DNA from: an uncultured Candidatus Saccharibacteria bacterium
GTDB taxonomy: Bacteria > Patescibacteriota > Minisyncoccia > Phycocordibacterales > UBA2100
Assembly: GCA_964594735.1 (NCBI GenBank)
Contig: CAZQMS010000001.1
Coordinates: 1-60,522 of the forward strand
Length of the DNA stretch: 60,522 bases
Direction: 5' to 3'
The translations under genes and the position numbers were made by a program. This document shows positions 27,600-37,127 of the stretch, piece after piece; position 1 is the first letter of the stretch; every line of letters begins with the position of its first letter. The notes beneath the pieces are model-generated. The model was not told the DNA's origin. It made no database searches and was given only the letters and a program-made list of their open reading frames with translations.

Positions 27600-28583
27600 T
27601 TATTGAGTGCGGAGCGTAAGTCCGAGGTTCGAGAGTGCCCGCTTGATGTCCTGAAGACCCTTCTGACCGAGACCCTCTATTGCAAGCAGGTCGTCTTCGC
27701 GCTTACGCACGAGACCGCCCACAGTGCGGATAGACGCATTGTCGAGCGCATCCTCGACGCGCTGGGGGAGGCTGAGTTCGGTGATGCGCGTCTTGAGCAT
27801 CTCTGCGTCCATAGGAGCAGACTTGTCTTCGCGCGAGGTGGACTTGCTGTCGCCCATGCTCGGTAGTCCCATATCGGTGGTGTCCTCCTCCTTGAATCCA
27901 ACGACCGCTTTGAGCTGATGAATCATCGTCTCGATAGAACGCTCGAGTGCCTCTCGCGGTGCGATGGTACCGTCGGTCTCGATGAGAATGCGCAGACGGT
28001 TGAAATCAGTCCTGTCACCTACGCGCATGTTTTCCACTTCGTAGTTGGCGCGGCGGATAGGAGAGAAAATCGCGTCGAGTGCGATGGTGCCGATGTCGAC
28101 GCGCTCTTTCTGGTGGACTTCTTTGGGGATGTAGCCGAGGCCGCGCTCTGCGCGAAGCTCGAGCTCGAAGTTCACCTTGCCTGTCACTTCGGCGATGTGC
28201 TGCTCAGGATTGAGTACTTCTACCTGGCCGGGGAGCTTGAGGTCAGCTGCAGAGACAGCCTGCGGACCCTTTACCGAGAGCGTGATGGTCTGCGGCTCGT
28301 CGGCGAGGAGCTTGAAACGAATCTTGCGGATGTTGAGGAGTATCGTGACGACATCCTCCTTGACCCCCTCGATGGTCGAGAACTCGTGAGAGACTCCGGG
28401 TATCTTTACGTGCGTAATAGCAGCGCCGGGAAGCGAGGAGAGGATGATGCGGCGAAGGCTGTTGCCGAGCGTAAAGCCGTAACCCGGATAGAGGCCGTCT
28501 ATCTCGTACGTTCCGCTCCGCTCGGTTTCCGAGACGACACGGGGCTTTGAGGGCAGTGCGATGTGGTAATCCGACATATGCAA
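27600..28583 (-). CDS. rpoA: DNA-directed RNA polymerase subunit alpha
   Basis: 327 aa. An N-terminal domain (GFTLGNSLRRILLSS-like GNSLRRIILSSLPGAA) and a C-terminal domain (helix-hairpin-helix LSLPQRVEDAL). Confidence 0.95.
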   Translation of the reverse strand: MHMSDYHIALPSKPRVVSETERSGTYEIDGLYPGYGFTLGNSLRRIILSSLPGAAITHVKIPGVSHEFSTIEGVKEDVVTILLNIRKIRFKLLADEPQTITLSVKGPQAVSAADLKLPGQVEVLNPEQHIAEVTGKVNFELELRAERGLGYIPKEVHQKERVDIGTIALDAIFSPIRRANYEVENMRVGDRTDFNRLRILIETDGTIAPREALERSIETMIHQLKAVVGFKEEDTTDMGLPSMGDSKSTSREDKSAPMDAEMLKTRITELSLPQRVEDALDNASIRTVGGLVRKREDDLLAIEGLGQKGLQDIKRALSNLGLTLRTQ

Positions 28584-28647
28584 AAAATTATCTGCGGCGC
28601 TACTAATGATGAATAATCAAGGGGTTAAAAAACGGGCGTATTATACA

Positions 28648-29250
28648 TTATCTGCTGTAGAACTCAAACACCGTCGCGAAGTCGAGACCGACTTCTGCCG
28701 CGGAGTACGAGGGCTCGCCGACGACTTCGGCTTTTAGCAGGTTCATGTCAACGGAAAGCCACTGCGGCACAGAACGGCGCTCTTCCTTTTCGGTAAGTGC
28801 AGCAAAAAGCGGGCTCGTACGGCTTCCCTCGCGGACTGAAATGACATCACCCTTCTTGAGGCGATGCGAGGGCACGGTGGTGCGGCGGCCGTTGATCGTG
28901 ATGTGGCCATGGCTCACCATCTGACGAGCGGCACGACGAGTGGATGCGAGACCCGCGCGGTATACAGCGCTGTCGACTCGCATCTCGAGTGCGCAGTAGA
29001 GGCTCGTTGACGGGTCAGCTGTCGTAATTGCGTCTTGCGCGTAGTTCCAAAGCTGCTTTTCCGCGAGTCCGTAGCTGAAACGGACACGCTGCTTCTCAAG
29101 AAGCTGCTTACCGAAATCTGACGCACCGCGCCCGCGCTTCTCTTTGCGAGAGCGTGCCTCAGAGAGCGCAAACTTCTGCGTCTGCGTCTGCTCGAACACG
29201 CCGTTGCCGAGGCGCTTCGCGATTTTGTACTTGGATTTTACGGGTAGCAT
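28648..29250 (-). CDS. rpsD: 30S ribosomal protein S4
   Basis: 200 aa. S4 domain RVDSAVYRAGLASTRRAARQMVSHGHITINGR. Confidence 0.95.
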   Translation of the reverse strand: MLPVKSKYKIAKRLGNGVFEQTQTQKFALSEARSRKEKRGRGASDFGKQLLEKQRVRFSYGLAEKQLWNYAQDAITTADPSTSLYCALEMRVDSAVYRAGLASTRRAARQMVSHGHITINGRRTTVPSHRLKKGDVISVREGSRTSPLFAALTEKEERRSVPQWLSVDMNLLKAEVVGEPSYSAAEVGLDFATVFEFYSR

Positions 29251-29287
29251 GAAAAGACTTTAGTAAGTAAGAGAGATATTCTAAATG

Positions 29288-29722
29288 TTATATGCGCCGT
29301 GGCTTCGGCGGGCGCGGACCGTTGTGCGGGACTGGTGTGTCGTCTGCAATGCGCGTGACGTCGATACCCTTGCCGGCAAATCCGCGCAGTGCGCTCTCGC
29401 GACCAGCGCCCACGCCGCGGATAACCACATCGACCTCTTTGAGTCCGATGATAGCAGCCTTGTCGCCGACGAGCTCCCCTACCTTTGCGGCAGCAAACGG
29501 TGTGCCCTTCTTTGCTCCAGAGAAGCCGAGGCTTCCCGACGACGACCATGCCACCGCATTGCCGTTCTTATCAGTCAAAAGCACCTTCGTATTGTTGTAC
29601 GTGGCGTGGATATGGAGCGTGCCGGCGATGATGTTCTTCTTGGCGGTGCGCGCAAGTGAGCGCGACTTCAGACCCGCGTCGACGGTGCCACCTGATTTTC
29701 GAATGATTCGTTTCTTTCCCAT
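29288..29722 (-). CDS. rpsK: 30S ribosomal protein S11
   Basis: 144 aa. HIHATYNNTKVLLTD, GSLGFSGAKKGTPFAA, DDTPVPHNG. Confidence 0.95.
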   Translation of the reverse strand: MGKKRIIRKSGGTVDAGLKSRSLARTAKKNIIAGTLHIHATYNNTKVLLTDKNGNAVAWSSSGSLGFSGAKKGTPFAAAKVGELVGDKAAIIGLKEVDVVIRGVGAGRESALRGFAGKGIDVTRIADDTPVPHNGPRPPKPRRI

Positions 29723-29800
29723 AAGTTTTAGTATTTAGTATTTTGTATTTAGTAATCGGTATGCCATATACCACATACTAGATACTCCATACTGTCGATA

Positions 29801-30181
29801 TTATGTCTTCTCAAGCTTTCTGCGACCGCTCGTCATCGTCTTTCGGACGTTGCCGCGGACGGTGCGAGAGTTGGTCTTGGTGCGCTGGCCACGCGCTGGA
29901 AGCTTTCGGAGGTGCCTCGTGCCGCGGTGAGCTTTGATGTCCTTGAGCCGGCGGATGTTACCAGAAATCTGGCGCTTGAGCTCACCCTCGATGGTGAACT
30001 TCTCGATCGTCTCGCGAAGCGCGCTCTCTTCTTGTGTGGAAAGATCTTTCGGACGCTTCCCAAAATCAATACCAAGAGATTCGAGAGTCGACTGCGCGCG
30101 CGGTCGCCCCACACCGTAAATAGCCGTGAGACCAATCTCAAGACGCTTTTCTTCCGGTATGGTGATTCCAGCAATACGCAT
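29801..30181 (-). CDS. rpsM: 30S ribosomal protein S13
   Basis: MRIAGITIPEEKRLEIGLTAIYGVG...HRGTRH. Confidence 0.95.
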   Translation of the reverse strand: MRIAGITIPEEKRLEIGLTAIYGVGRPRAQSTLESLGIDFGKRPKDLSTQEESALRETIEKFTIEGELKRQISGNIRRLKDIKAHRGTRHLRKLPARGQRTKTNSRTVRGNVRKTMTSGRRKLEKT

Positions 30182-30195
30182 AATGAATATTCAAA

Positions 30196-30309
30196 TTAAC
30201 CTTGACGCTGTTTGTGACGCGGATTCGAGCAGATAACCCACAACCGGCCGCGCCGTTTGACGTGGCGGCAGTGCATGCAAATTTTCTTGACTGAGGCTTT
30301 GACTTTCAT
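30196..30309 (-). CDS. rpmJ: 50S ribosomal protein L36
   Basis: Not in the ORF track (37 aa). Minus-strand translation is [37 protein letters not shown]. Lies between rpsM and infA. Confidence 0.9.
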   Translation of the reverse strand: MKVKASVKKICMHCRHVKRRGRLWVICSNPRHKQRQG

Positions 30310-30318
30310 GAGAGATTC

Positions 30319-30525
30319 TTACATGCGACGCGTGATGCGCGCACGACCGCCATATGGGTCAAGATGCAGCTGCACACGATCGCCGACGAGCACTTTAATT
30401 CTGTGCAGACGCATTTTTCCGGCGAGGTACGCAAGTACGATCTCTCCAGACTCAAGCTTTACGCGAAAGAGGGTGTTCGGGAGTGCCTCATCGACGACTC
30501 CTTCTACTTCTTTCACATCAGCCAT
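30319..30525 (-). CDS. infA: translation initiation factor IF-1
   Basis: The ATG at 30525 gives MADVKEVEGVVDEALPNTLFRVKLESGEIVLAYLAGKMRLHRIKVLVGDRV. The track ORF starts 42 nt further upstream. Confidence 0.9.
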   Translation of the reverse strand: MADVKEVEGVVDEALPNTLFRVKLESGEIVLAYLAGKMRLHRIKVLVGDRVQLHLDPYGGRARITRRM

Positions 30526-30568
30526 ATCTGCGGGGGCAAGAATAGCAGCAACTTGGCGTAGCGTCAAG

Positions 30569-31924
30569 CTATTTGGCCATTTCCGGCTCGATGACCTGGA
30601 CCCTGATGTCCTCGGGCGCCTCTGGGAAGCTGTTTCGCCAGAATGGCTGGATGCGGGCGCTCGCCTCCTGGACGGCCGGTACCTCGGCTACAATGGCCTC
30701 AAAGGCCGCTTTGTCCTTGCCGGCGAGTGCCTCCTGTAAGGAACGCTCATCTACCTGCCAGACCAACACCGCTGCACCCTGGAGGGTAAATCCAACATCG
30801 GTGGTACCGAGAACCGTCGACGTACCGGCGGGCGTGGCACCGAAGCCGCTTCGAGCCACGAGCCTGATGGCAGACACCTCTCTCGCATCGACAGCAGCGC
30901 CGCTCACAGCTGCAGCAAAAAGTGGCGCCGGAAAGACCGGGACGCTCACACGCGCCTTCTGATTCACGCGCACCTTGCCGTCTGGCTCGGATGTGTTTGG
31001 CATGGATACGTACTCAATCTGTGCGAGCTCAGGAAACACTACAGAGTCGCTCGACGACTCATGCAAGGATTCACGAGCCTTCGCTTCAAGCCGCGCACGC
31101 ACGGATGCAATCGCTGCTTCAAGCGCGCCTGCGGCGACGCCTGGCCTCTCCCCTACAAAGCCGCCCGCAAAAGTGGACTTCGTTTCGGCATAGACCTGTG
31201 CGTACATTGCCGGCGTCGATTTGAGGCCCGGTACGGTGAGCCTTCCTGTGGCTGCATTGTACTGCTCGCCGGGCTGGTCTGCGACGACGGTGATTTCGAC
31301 CGAGCCGGGTGTATTGCCCTGTTTGCCGGGCACGGTCACCTCTGCAGGAGTGCGGAATATGAGCCCATTTGCAGTCTCGAATCGGGTATCTTTGACCAGC
31401 CTCAGAGGCGCGGTCTGGAAGTTGTTGTAGACAGTAATGTTGCCGGTCGCCTTCTCCTCTGCGTACACAACACCCGTGCTCGGCACTACTTCCGAGTCTT
31501 CCAATTCGAATGTCTCTACGACGTATGTGAGATCGGCTGGGCCACCCTCCGCGGCGGGGACGGCGGTAAAGGTCTCCCCGGCAAATGTCAGCACGTGCGT
31601 GCGCGGCTCCACGGTCACACGTGTTGGCCGGAGCGCCACCATCAGGAGCGCGCCGATAAGAAGCACGCAAAGAACCGCAACAATCCAGACCGTGTAGCGC
31701 ATCAGTCCGCGTCGTGCGCGCCGGGGCGACTGCGGCCTGCCCTCCGGTGCGGGACGAGAACGCATCCTCGAAGGTGCCGAAATATTACGGATAGATTTGC
31801 CCGAAGGGGCTGATTCGGTGTGTATAGGGATGTCGACAGCTTCATCGTCTTCGTCTCTTTTGTGCTCGACAGGATGCCTCCTTGGCGCGGGCGGGACGAT
31901 GTCTTGGAAGTAGTCCTTAGCCAT
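30569..31924 (-). CDS. single-pass membrane protein, hypothetical
   Basis: 451 aa. Basic and acidic cytoplasmic N-terminus (DIVPPAPRR...SIRNISAP), one TM (YTVWIVAVLCVLLIGALLMVAL), then a large Ala/Val/Thr-rich extracytoplasmic domain. Stop is 1 nt from the infA track ORF. Confidence 0.6.
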   Translation of the reverse strand: MAKDYFQDIVPPAPRRHPVEHKRDEDDEAVDIPIHTESAPSGKSIRNISAPSRMRSRPAPEGRPQSPRRARRGLMRYTVWIVAVLCVLLIGALLMVALRPTRVTVEPRTHVLTFAGETFTAVPAAEGGPADLTYVVETFELEDSEVVPSTGVVYAEEKATGNITVYNNFQTAPLRLVKDTRFETANGLIFRTPAEVTVPGKQGNTPGSVEITVVADQPGEQYNAATGRLTVPGLKSTPAMYAQVYAETKSTFAGGFVGERPGVAAGALEAAIASVRARLEAKARESLHESSSDSVVFPELAQIEYVSMPNTSEPDGKVRVNQKARVSVPVFPAPLFAAAVSGAAVDAREVSAIRLVARSGFGATPAGTSTVLGTTDVGFTLQGAAVLVWQVDERSLQEALAGKDKAAFEAIVAEVPAVQEASARIQPFWRNSFPEAPEDIRVQVIEPEMAK

Positions 31925-31960
31925 GAGCGTGAATTATACCACTGCACGCATGCGCATTGT

Positions 31961-33109
31961 TTATGCGCGCGCTTCAATGTTGACAAGCGCGCTCGCGACA
32001 GTGAGCGCGTCGGTAGAGCCAGCGCCGCCGACCCAGCGCCCGATATCGAGCGAAGCGCCCGAGTGCACGCTGAGCGGAAGTCCCGTAATCGTAAACTGAG
32101 AAAAATCAATGCGCGAGAGAAAGGCGCTGAACCACCCGACAAAATCGGTGTGCGTGACGAGAAGTACGTCGTTGGGCACTTTGCCATTGGAGCTGACCTT
32201 TGCAAACGCTTCGCCAAATATTTTCACAAGGTCTGGCTCCGCCGCTGCGAGCGCCTGCGTCGTGGCATCGCATGCCTCCGTAGAGCACGCATCGCGAGCG
32301 AGCATGCGCATGAGGCCTAGCACTTCCTCTGGTGTGCGCTTCCCTGCCACACGTGCAAGTATTGAACGCACGCCCTCGGGGACCACAAGCTGGTCCAGGC
32401 TTCCGTCGTGCATCGATATGACATGGGTATCGTCGACGCCCATGTCGACGATGAGAAACGAGTCTACGGGCAGCGCCTCGCGAGCGAGTGCGAGGAGCGC
32501 CCGCAGACCTGTGCGCCACGATACCTTTGCGACCGGGAACGCAGTGTGCACCGCGCCTTCGACTTGCGACCGAATCGCCTCTTCTAAGTCACTACCAAGA
32601 GACAGAGTTCTGAGAGTGCGAGCGGATTTACCCTCTGGCGCAGATGTCGGGTAGCCATTGAGTGCGACTTGGATGACACTGCCCTCGAGTAGTCTCGTGG
32701 CATCAATGTCGCGTACGTTCGCGAGAGCGCTTTTACCAAAATCGGCTATGTGCGCGGTGGTGATACGCGTATCCGTCTCGTACCTCTCTTCCGCGCGAAC
32801 GACGACTGAACGAGACCAGGGGGCGTGCACGACAACGTACGCATCTGTTATCGGTGCCTTTTGGCCAGCGGCAGCGTAGAGCTTCTTTGCGATATCCGCG
32901 GCTTCCTGAATTTGCGCAGCGCCGCGCGATTTTGCCTGCTCCGGCGTGCGCTCCTCGAGCGTGAGGGAAGAAAAGCCCGTTGCGAGCACTGTGGCAGCGG
33001 AGTCTGTCGGGCACGAAAGTATTGCAACTGATGCGCCACCAGGACTTACATCAACGACTGCGACAATCTTGTGTCGCATGAACGGCAAGTTCATGTGTAT
33101 CATTTGCAC
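31961..33109 (-). CDS. actin-like ATPase fold protein (FtsA/PilM-like), putative
   Basis: 382 aa. Phosphate-1-like VAVVDVSPGGASVAI and phosphate-2-like FLIVDMGVDDTHVISM. Weak, motif-level call only. Confidence 0.5.
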   Translation of the reverse strand: MQMIHMNLPFMRHKIVAVVDVSPGGASVAILSCPTDSAATVLATGFSSLTLEERTPEQAKSRGAAQIQEAADIAKKLYAAAGQKAPITDAYVVVHAPWSRSVVVRAEERYETDTRITTAHIADFGKSALANVRDIDATRLLEGSVIQVALNGYPTSAPEGKSARTLRTLSLGSDLEEAIRSQVEGAVHTAFPVAKVSWRTGLRALLALAREALPVDSFLIVDMGVDDTHVISMHDGSLDQLVVPEGVRSILARVAGKRTPEEVLGLMRMLARDACSTEACDATTQALAAAEPDLVKIFGEAFAKVSSNGKVPNDVLLVTHTDFVGWFSAFLSRIDFSQFTITGLPLSVHSGASLDIGRWVGGAGSTDALTVASALVNIEARA

Positions 33110-33258
33110 TCAGTATACCCTGTGAGATACGGCGCAATCAGGTTGCCGTGTACAAATCACGGCAATTACTCAGAGGTTACTCCAAAAATATTTTTCGCGT
33201 ATATCTCGCAGGGTATATCGCGCAAAAAGGCGGCGAGCATCGCCCAATGTGCAAAATA

Positions 33259-35178
33259 TTACACAAGCACCGCCTTGATACGCCTCACACCCGATGCAAC
33301 AGCCTCCTCCTTTTGGATCTTAAACGTACCGCTTTCCCCGATTTCACGCGTGTTTGCGACGTGCGGCCCTCCGCAAAATTCGATTGAATACGCGTCACTA
33401 AAAGCGGGGCTCTCAAGTGTCGCGCCGACAGGACCAATCGAATACACGGAAACTGTGTCAGGATACTTCGCGCCAAATTCATGCTCCGCACCGAGCATTT
33501 CCGCCTCCTCTTTCGGCAGAGTCGAACGAACGACCGGCAGAGCGTCCTGTATGCGCTCATTCACGATACGCTCGACGTCGGCTAGCTGCTCTTTCGTCAT
33601 CTTTTCGCCGTGTGAGAAGTCGATGCGAAGTCGCTCCGATGTGATGTTGGATCCGCGCTGCTTTACGTGCGGGCCGAGAACTATCTGCAGGGCTTTAAGG
33701 AGCAAGTGGTGCGCTGTGTGCAGTCGAGTCGTTTTCTCAGAGTGGTCAGCGAGGCCTCCTTTGAATTTTTGTTCAGAACCCGCACGCGATGTTTCCTGGT
33801 GCTTTTTCATGAGCTCCTTGAATCCGGCAGCGTCTACCGGAATTCCCCGCTCCTGCGCAAGTTCCTGCGTCATTTCGAAAGGAAAGCCGTACGTGGTGAA
33901 GAGCGTATACGCATCTTCAGCACCAATGTTCGAGCCTGAGAGCTTCTCAAACTCCTTCATGCCGGCGACGAGTGTGCGGCCAAACTGCACCTCCTCCTTC
34001 CAGATTTCACCGGTGATGTCTTTGTAGGCCTGCTCCCCGTCGAGCTCGCTATAAGCACCTTTGTACTTCTCAATAAGTATGACTGCTGCGCGCACGAGCA
34101 TGCTGTCTTCCTGTTTCTCCGCAGCAATGCCGAGCTTCTGCACGTGCTGTGAGGCGCGTCGGAGCAGCCGGCGCAATATGTAACCGCGTTCTGTGTTGGA
34201 TGGTCGCACACCATCGCCCAGCATGAGCACCGCGGCGCGCATGTGGTCGGCAACCACGCGGAACGAGCGCAAATAGCGGCTATCGCTGTACTGCTTGCCA
34301 GAGAACTGCTCAAGCAGAAGAATCACGTCCCAGAAGACATCCGTCTTAAACACGTCAGAGTCACCGCTCTTGGCAGCTGTGATTCTTTCGAGGCCGCCTC
34401 CGAAGTCTACGTTCTGCTTGGGGAGCAACTGAAAACTACCGTCCGACTGCTTGATGTACTGCATGAAGACTGAGTTGCCGATTTCCATAAATCGACCGCA
34501 ATCGCAGTTGGGGTGACACTCGGGACCGTATTTGGCATCGTGTGGCGTCCCGAAATCATAGAAGACCTCGCTGTCTGGGCCGCCCGGTTCACCCGGGGGC
34601 ATATTCTCTGGCACACCGGCACGGCTCCACCAATTTTTCTTGGCGTTGTAGTAGAAAATGCGCCCGCCACGCATGCCGAGTCGATAGCCATCGGCCTCGC
34701 TCCCCACTTCGCGAATCTCTGCGTCGATTCCCTTTTCGGAAAAGAGTCGCTGCCATATCTCCGCCGATTCTGTATCTCGCGGCACGTTGTTGGCCTCATC
34801 GCCGATAAATGCGGTCACGTACAGTCTCGACGGGTCGATGCCAATATCCTGAGTGAGAAATTCGAAGAACCATGGGAGCTGCTCTTGTTTGAAGTAATCG
34901 CCGAGCGACCAATTGCCGAGCATCTCAAAAAATGTGGTGTGACGATTGTCGCCCACCTCTTCAATGTCTTCCGCTCGAAAGCTTTTCTGGCTGTTGACGA
35001 GCCTACTGCCCTTGGGGTGCGGCTCTCCGAGGAGGTACGGTACGAGGGGCTGCATGCCGCTTCCTGTAAAAAGGGTGGTCGGGTCATTCTGCGGCACGAG
35101 CGACGCGGATGGAATGACCGTATGCCCCTGAGTCTTAAAAAACTCTAAATATTTCCGCCGAACTTCGTTGACTGTCAT
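33259..35178 (-). CDS. alaS: alanine--tRNA ligase (no C-Ala domain)
   Basis: 639 aa. N-terminus VRRKYLEFFKTQGHTVIPSASLVPQNDPTTLFTGSGMQP and editing-domain motifs HTAHHLLLKAL and FCGGPHV. The protein ends about 35 aa after the CGGPHV motif. Confidence 0.95.
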   Translation of the reverse strand: MTVNEVRRKYLEFFKTQGHTVIPSASLVPQNDPTTLFTGSGMQPLVPYLLGEPHPKGSRLVNSQKSFRAEDIEEVGDNRHTTFFEMLGNWSLGDYFKQEQLPWFFEFLTQDIGIDPSRLYVTAFIGDEANNVPRDTESAEIWQRLFSEKGIDAEIREVGSEADGYRLGMRGGRIFYYNAKKNWWSRAGVPENMPPGEPGGPDSEVFYDFGTPHDAKYGPECHPNCDCGRFMEIGNSVFMQYIKQSDGSFQLLPKQNVDFGGGLERITAAKSGDSDVFKTDVFWDVILLLEQFSGKQYSDSRYLRSFRVVADHMRAAVLMLGDGVRPSNTERGYILRRLLRRASQHVQKLGIAAEKQEDSMLVRAAVILIEKYKGAYSELDGEQAYKDITGEIWKEEVQFGRTLVAGMKEFEKLSGSNIGAEDAYTLFTTYGFPFEMTQELAQERGIPVDAAGFKELMKKHQETSRAGSEQKFKGGLADHSEKTTRLHTAHHLLLKALQIVLGPHVKQRGSNITSERLRIDFSHGEKMTKEQLADVERIVNERIQDALPVVRSTLPKEEAEMLGAEHEFGAKYPDTVSVYSIGPVGATLESPAFSDAYSIEFCGGPHVANTREIGESGTFKIQKEEAVASGVRRIKAVLV

Positions 35179-35239
35179 TCACAACAAAGTAGCGCGCTTC
35201 CATACAAAAAGAAAGAGGCTTACTTGCGACAAACGAAAT

Positions 35240-35266
35240 CGGGGTCCCCAAATCTTGGGGACCCCG
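35240..35266 (-). terminator. intrinsic terminator after the multi-HTH gene
   Basis: cggggtcccc-aaatctt-ggggaccccg, a perfect 10-bp stem 11 nt past the stop. On the minus strand it is followed by atttcgtttg. Confidence 0.7.
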
Positions 35267-35277
35267 TGCTGAGCCCT

Positions 35278-37008
35278 TTAGCGGGCACGTTTGACGAAGT
35301 GCAGTTGGACGATAGAGCCCGTGCCGTCTTCGGTCGGAACGGTCGTGAGGTGTTCCGGTCGAAGTCCGAGCTTTCGCAGTCGCTCGATATCTTCTTCGAA
35401 GACATCGGTGTTGCCGTGGCTATTGATGAATCTCGTCACCACATGCACGCCGCAGATGCTGTCGTTATCACTAAGCGGGATGACGACCGGAGGTGCAAAC
35501 CTAACGCTTGCGATGACTGTCGGCTCGGGTGCTTTGCTTACAGACTCCTCAGGCTTCGATTGCGGAGCTTCGACCGTATTTATCACGGCCGGAGCTTCGA
35601 AGGTGCGTGTAGGCTGTTCCTCGACCGGAGGAAGGGACTCGGCAGGAACATTCGGCTCCTTCGAGGCAGACTCCCCGGTCTGGGTCGTAGCTTCCACTTC
35701 CGCATGTGCCAGCCTGCCTTTGTACCGGCCAAAGGCAACTCCAAGGATTCGCTGACGCTCCTTGCGGCCTACACTCGCTGGCAGTCCGAGCTGGTCATAT
35801 ACCTCTCCCATGCAGTTACTGAGATACGTGGACGTAATGCCGAGTTGTGCGGCAGCAACCTCACCATTTCTGTAGCCAGCGCGCACGACCGCTTCGACCA
35901 TCACCCTCGCTTTCGACGAGAGAGATGCGATACCGTCGGCGAGGCGTTCGATATCATCGCCGGTACTTGCAACCGTAGTAGCAGCCCGTGACTCACCGCT
36001 GGAGATCTGCGCCGAATTGCCACCACTCTGTTTGCGACCATTCCGCTCGTCGGCCGACAGCTTCCACGCGAGTGAGAGGAGCACTGCCCGCCGAGCCTGG
36101 GGCATCTGCATCGGGAACCCCAGTTCGGCATGAATCGTCGAGAGGTAGCTTTTCAGCGTTGCGTCCGCGAGGCCGAGCTCTTGTGCAACCTGCGGCCGAG
36201 CCTGCTCCTGAAAGTCGTGTGCGGACATCGCTTCAAGTCTTTTCAGCTTGTGCTCACCGAGCTTGAGAATACTCTCTGCGAGTACACGGATGTCGATTTC
36301 AGACACATTTGGCATCGTCGGCCTTTCGTCGACCGTCGCCTCCTGCGAGGCACCGATCAGGGTCTTGGGCACGGCTGTCGTGGTCTCCACTGGTGCCTCC
36401 TTGGGTTGCATCGTGACTGGCATTTGCGCCGCGTGAGATGTACGGTTGATTACCTCCACGGCTTCGCGAACTGCTGTCCGCCGCTGCTTTTTCAGCTTTT
36501 TCGGAAGTCCTAACGCGCCGTACAAGCGTGCAACAAGCTGGCCGGCGTTGTTGACGTCGGTCTCGAGACGTATCGCGAGCTGAAAGTTGTCGAGGCCTGC
36601 CCCGATGTACTCGGCGATAGCACGTAGTTCCGGACTGAGACCACGGATGCGCCGAACGACAAAGTCGATCGCATTTTGCCGGGACGCACTTTGCGTCGTC
36701 GGCTCGAATGTGTGCGCAACCCGCTGCGCGGGCTTGTTATACGCGACACGCTGTCCAGTGTTGACACGTTTAAAGTACTCGTTGTAGGCCTCCTTCGTGA
36801 ACCACCTTCGCGCGTCGATGCTCGGAATGCCGTAGATGCCGAGCTTTACGTGAATTGCGCTTTCCAACTGAGAGACCTTGAACTCGGTGACATTCAACCG
36901 TTTTGCGATCTCCGCATGCGCGGCATCTTTCACGAGCCACTGTACCGCCATAATTTCATCGGCTGATAGAGTGGTCAGACCCTTCACCCGCTCTTCAAGA
37001 GGCTGCAT
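35278..37008 (-). CDS. protein with four tandem LuxR/GerE-type HTH modules plus an unknown C-terminal domain
   Basis: I use the ATG at 37008, which is preceded by aaaggggg about 8 nt upstream (576 aa). The track ORF runs to 37143, and another ATG lies at 37086. See the findings for the four repeats. Confidence 0.7.
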   Translation of the reverse strand: MQPLEERVKGLTTLSADEIMAVQWLVKDAAHAEIAKRLNVTEFKVSQLESAIHVKLGIYGIPSIDARRWFTKEAYNEYFKRVNTGQRVAYNKPAQRVAHTFEPTTQSASRQNAIDFVVRRIRGLSPELRAIAEYIGAGLDNFQLAIRLETDVNNAGQLVARLYGALGLPKKLKKQRRTAVREAVEVINRTSHAAQMPVTMQPKEAPVETTTAVPKTLIGASQEATVDERPTMPNVSEIDIRVLAESILKLGEHKLKRLEAMSAHDFQEQARPQVAQELGLADATLKSYLSTIHAELGFPMQMPQARRAVLLSLAWKLSADERNGRKQSGGNSAQISSGESRAATTVASTGDDIERLADGIASLSSKARVMVEAVVRAGYRNGEVAAAQLGITSTYLSNCMGEVYDQLGLPASVGRKERQRILGVAFGRYKGRLAHAEVEATTQTGESASKEPNVPAESLPPVEEQPTRTFEAPAVINTVEAPQSKPEESVSKAPEPTVIASVRFAPPVVIPLSDNDSICGVHVVTRFINSHGNTDVFEEDIERLRKLGLRPEHLTTVPTEDGTGSIVQLHFVKRAR

Positions 37009-37127
37009 GTGTATACCCCCTTTTTCAGGTCGTCGGACCGCATCGTCCGGACCTACTGTCGCGTACGGTACCACCTTGCTCTTCATAATCAAGCGTGGCA
37101 GAGTTTTGTCAGACACAGGGGGAGAAG

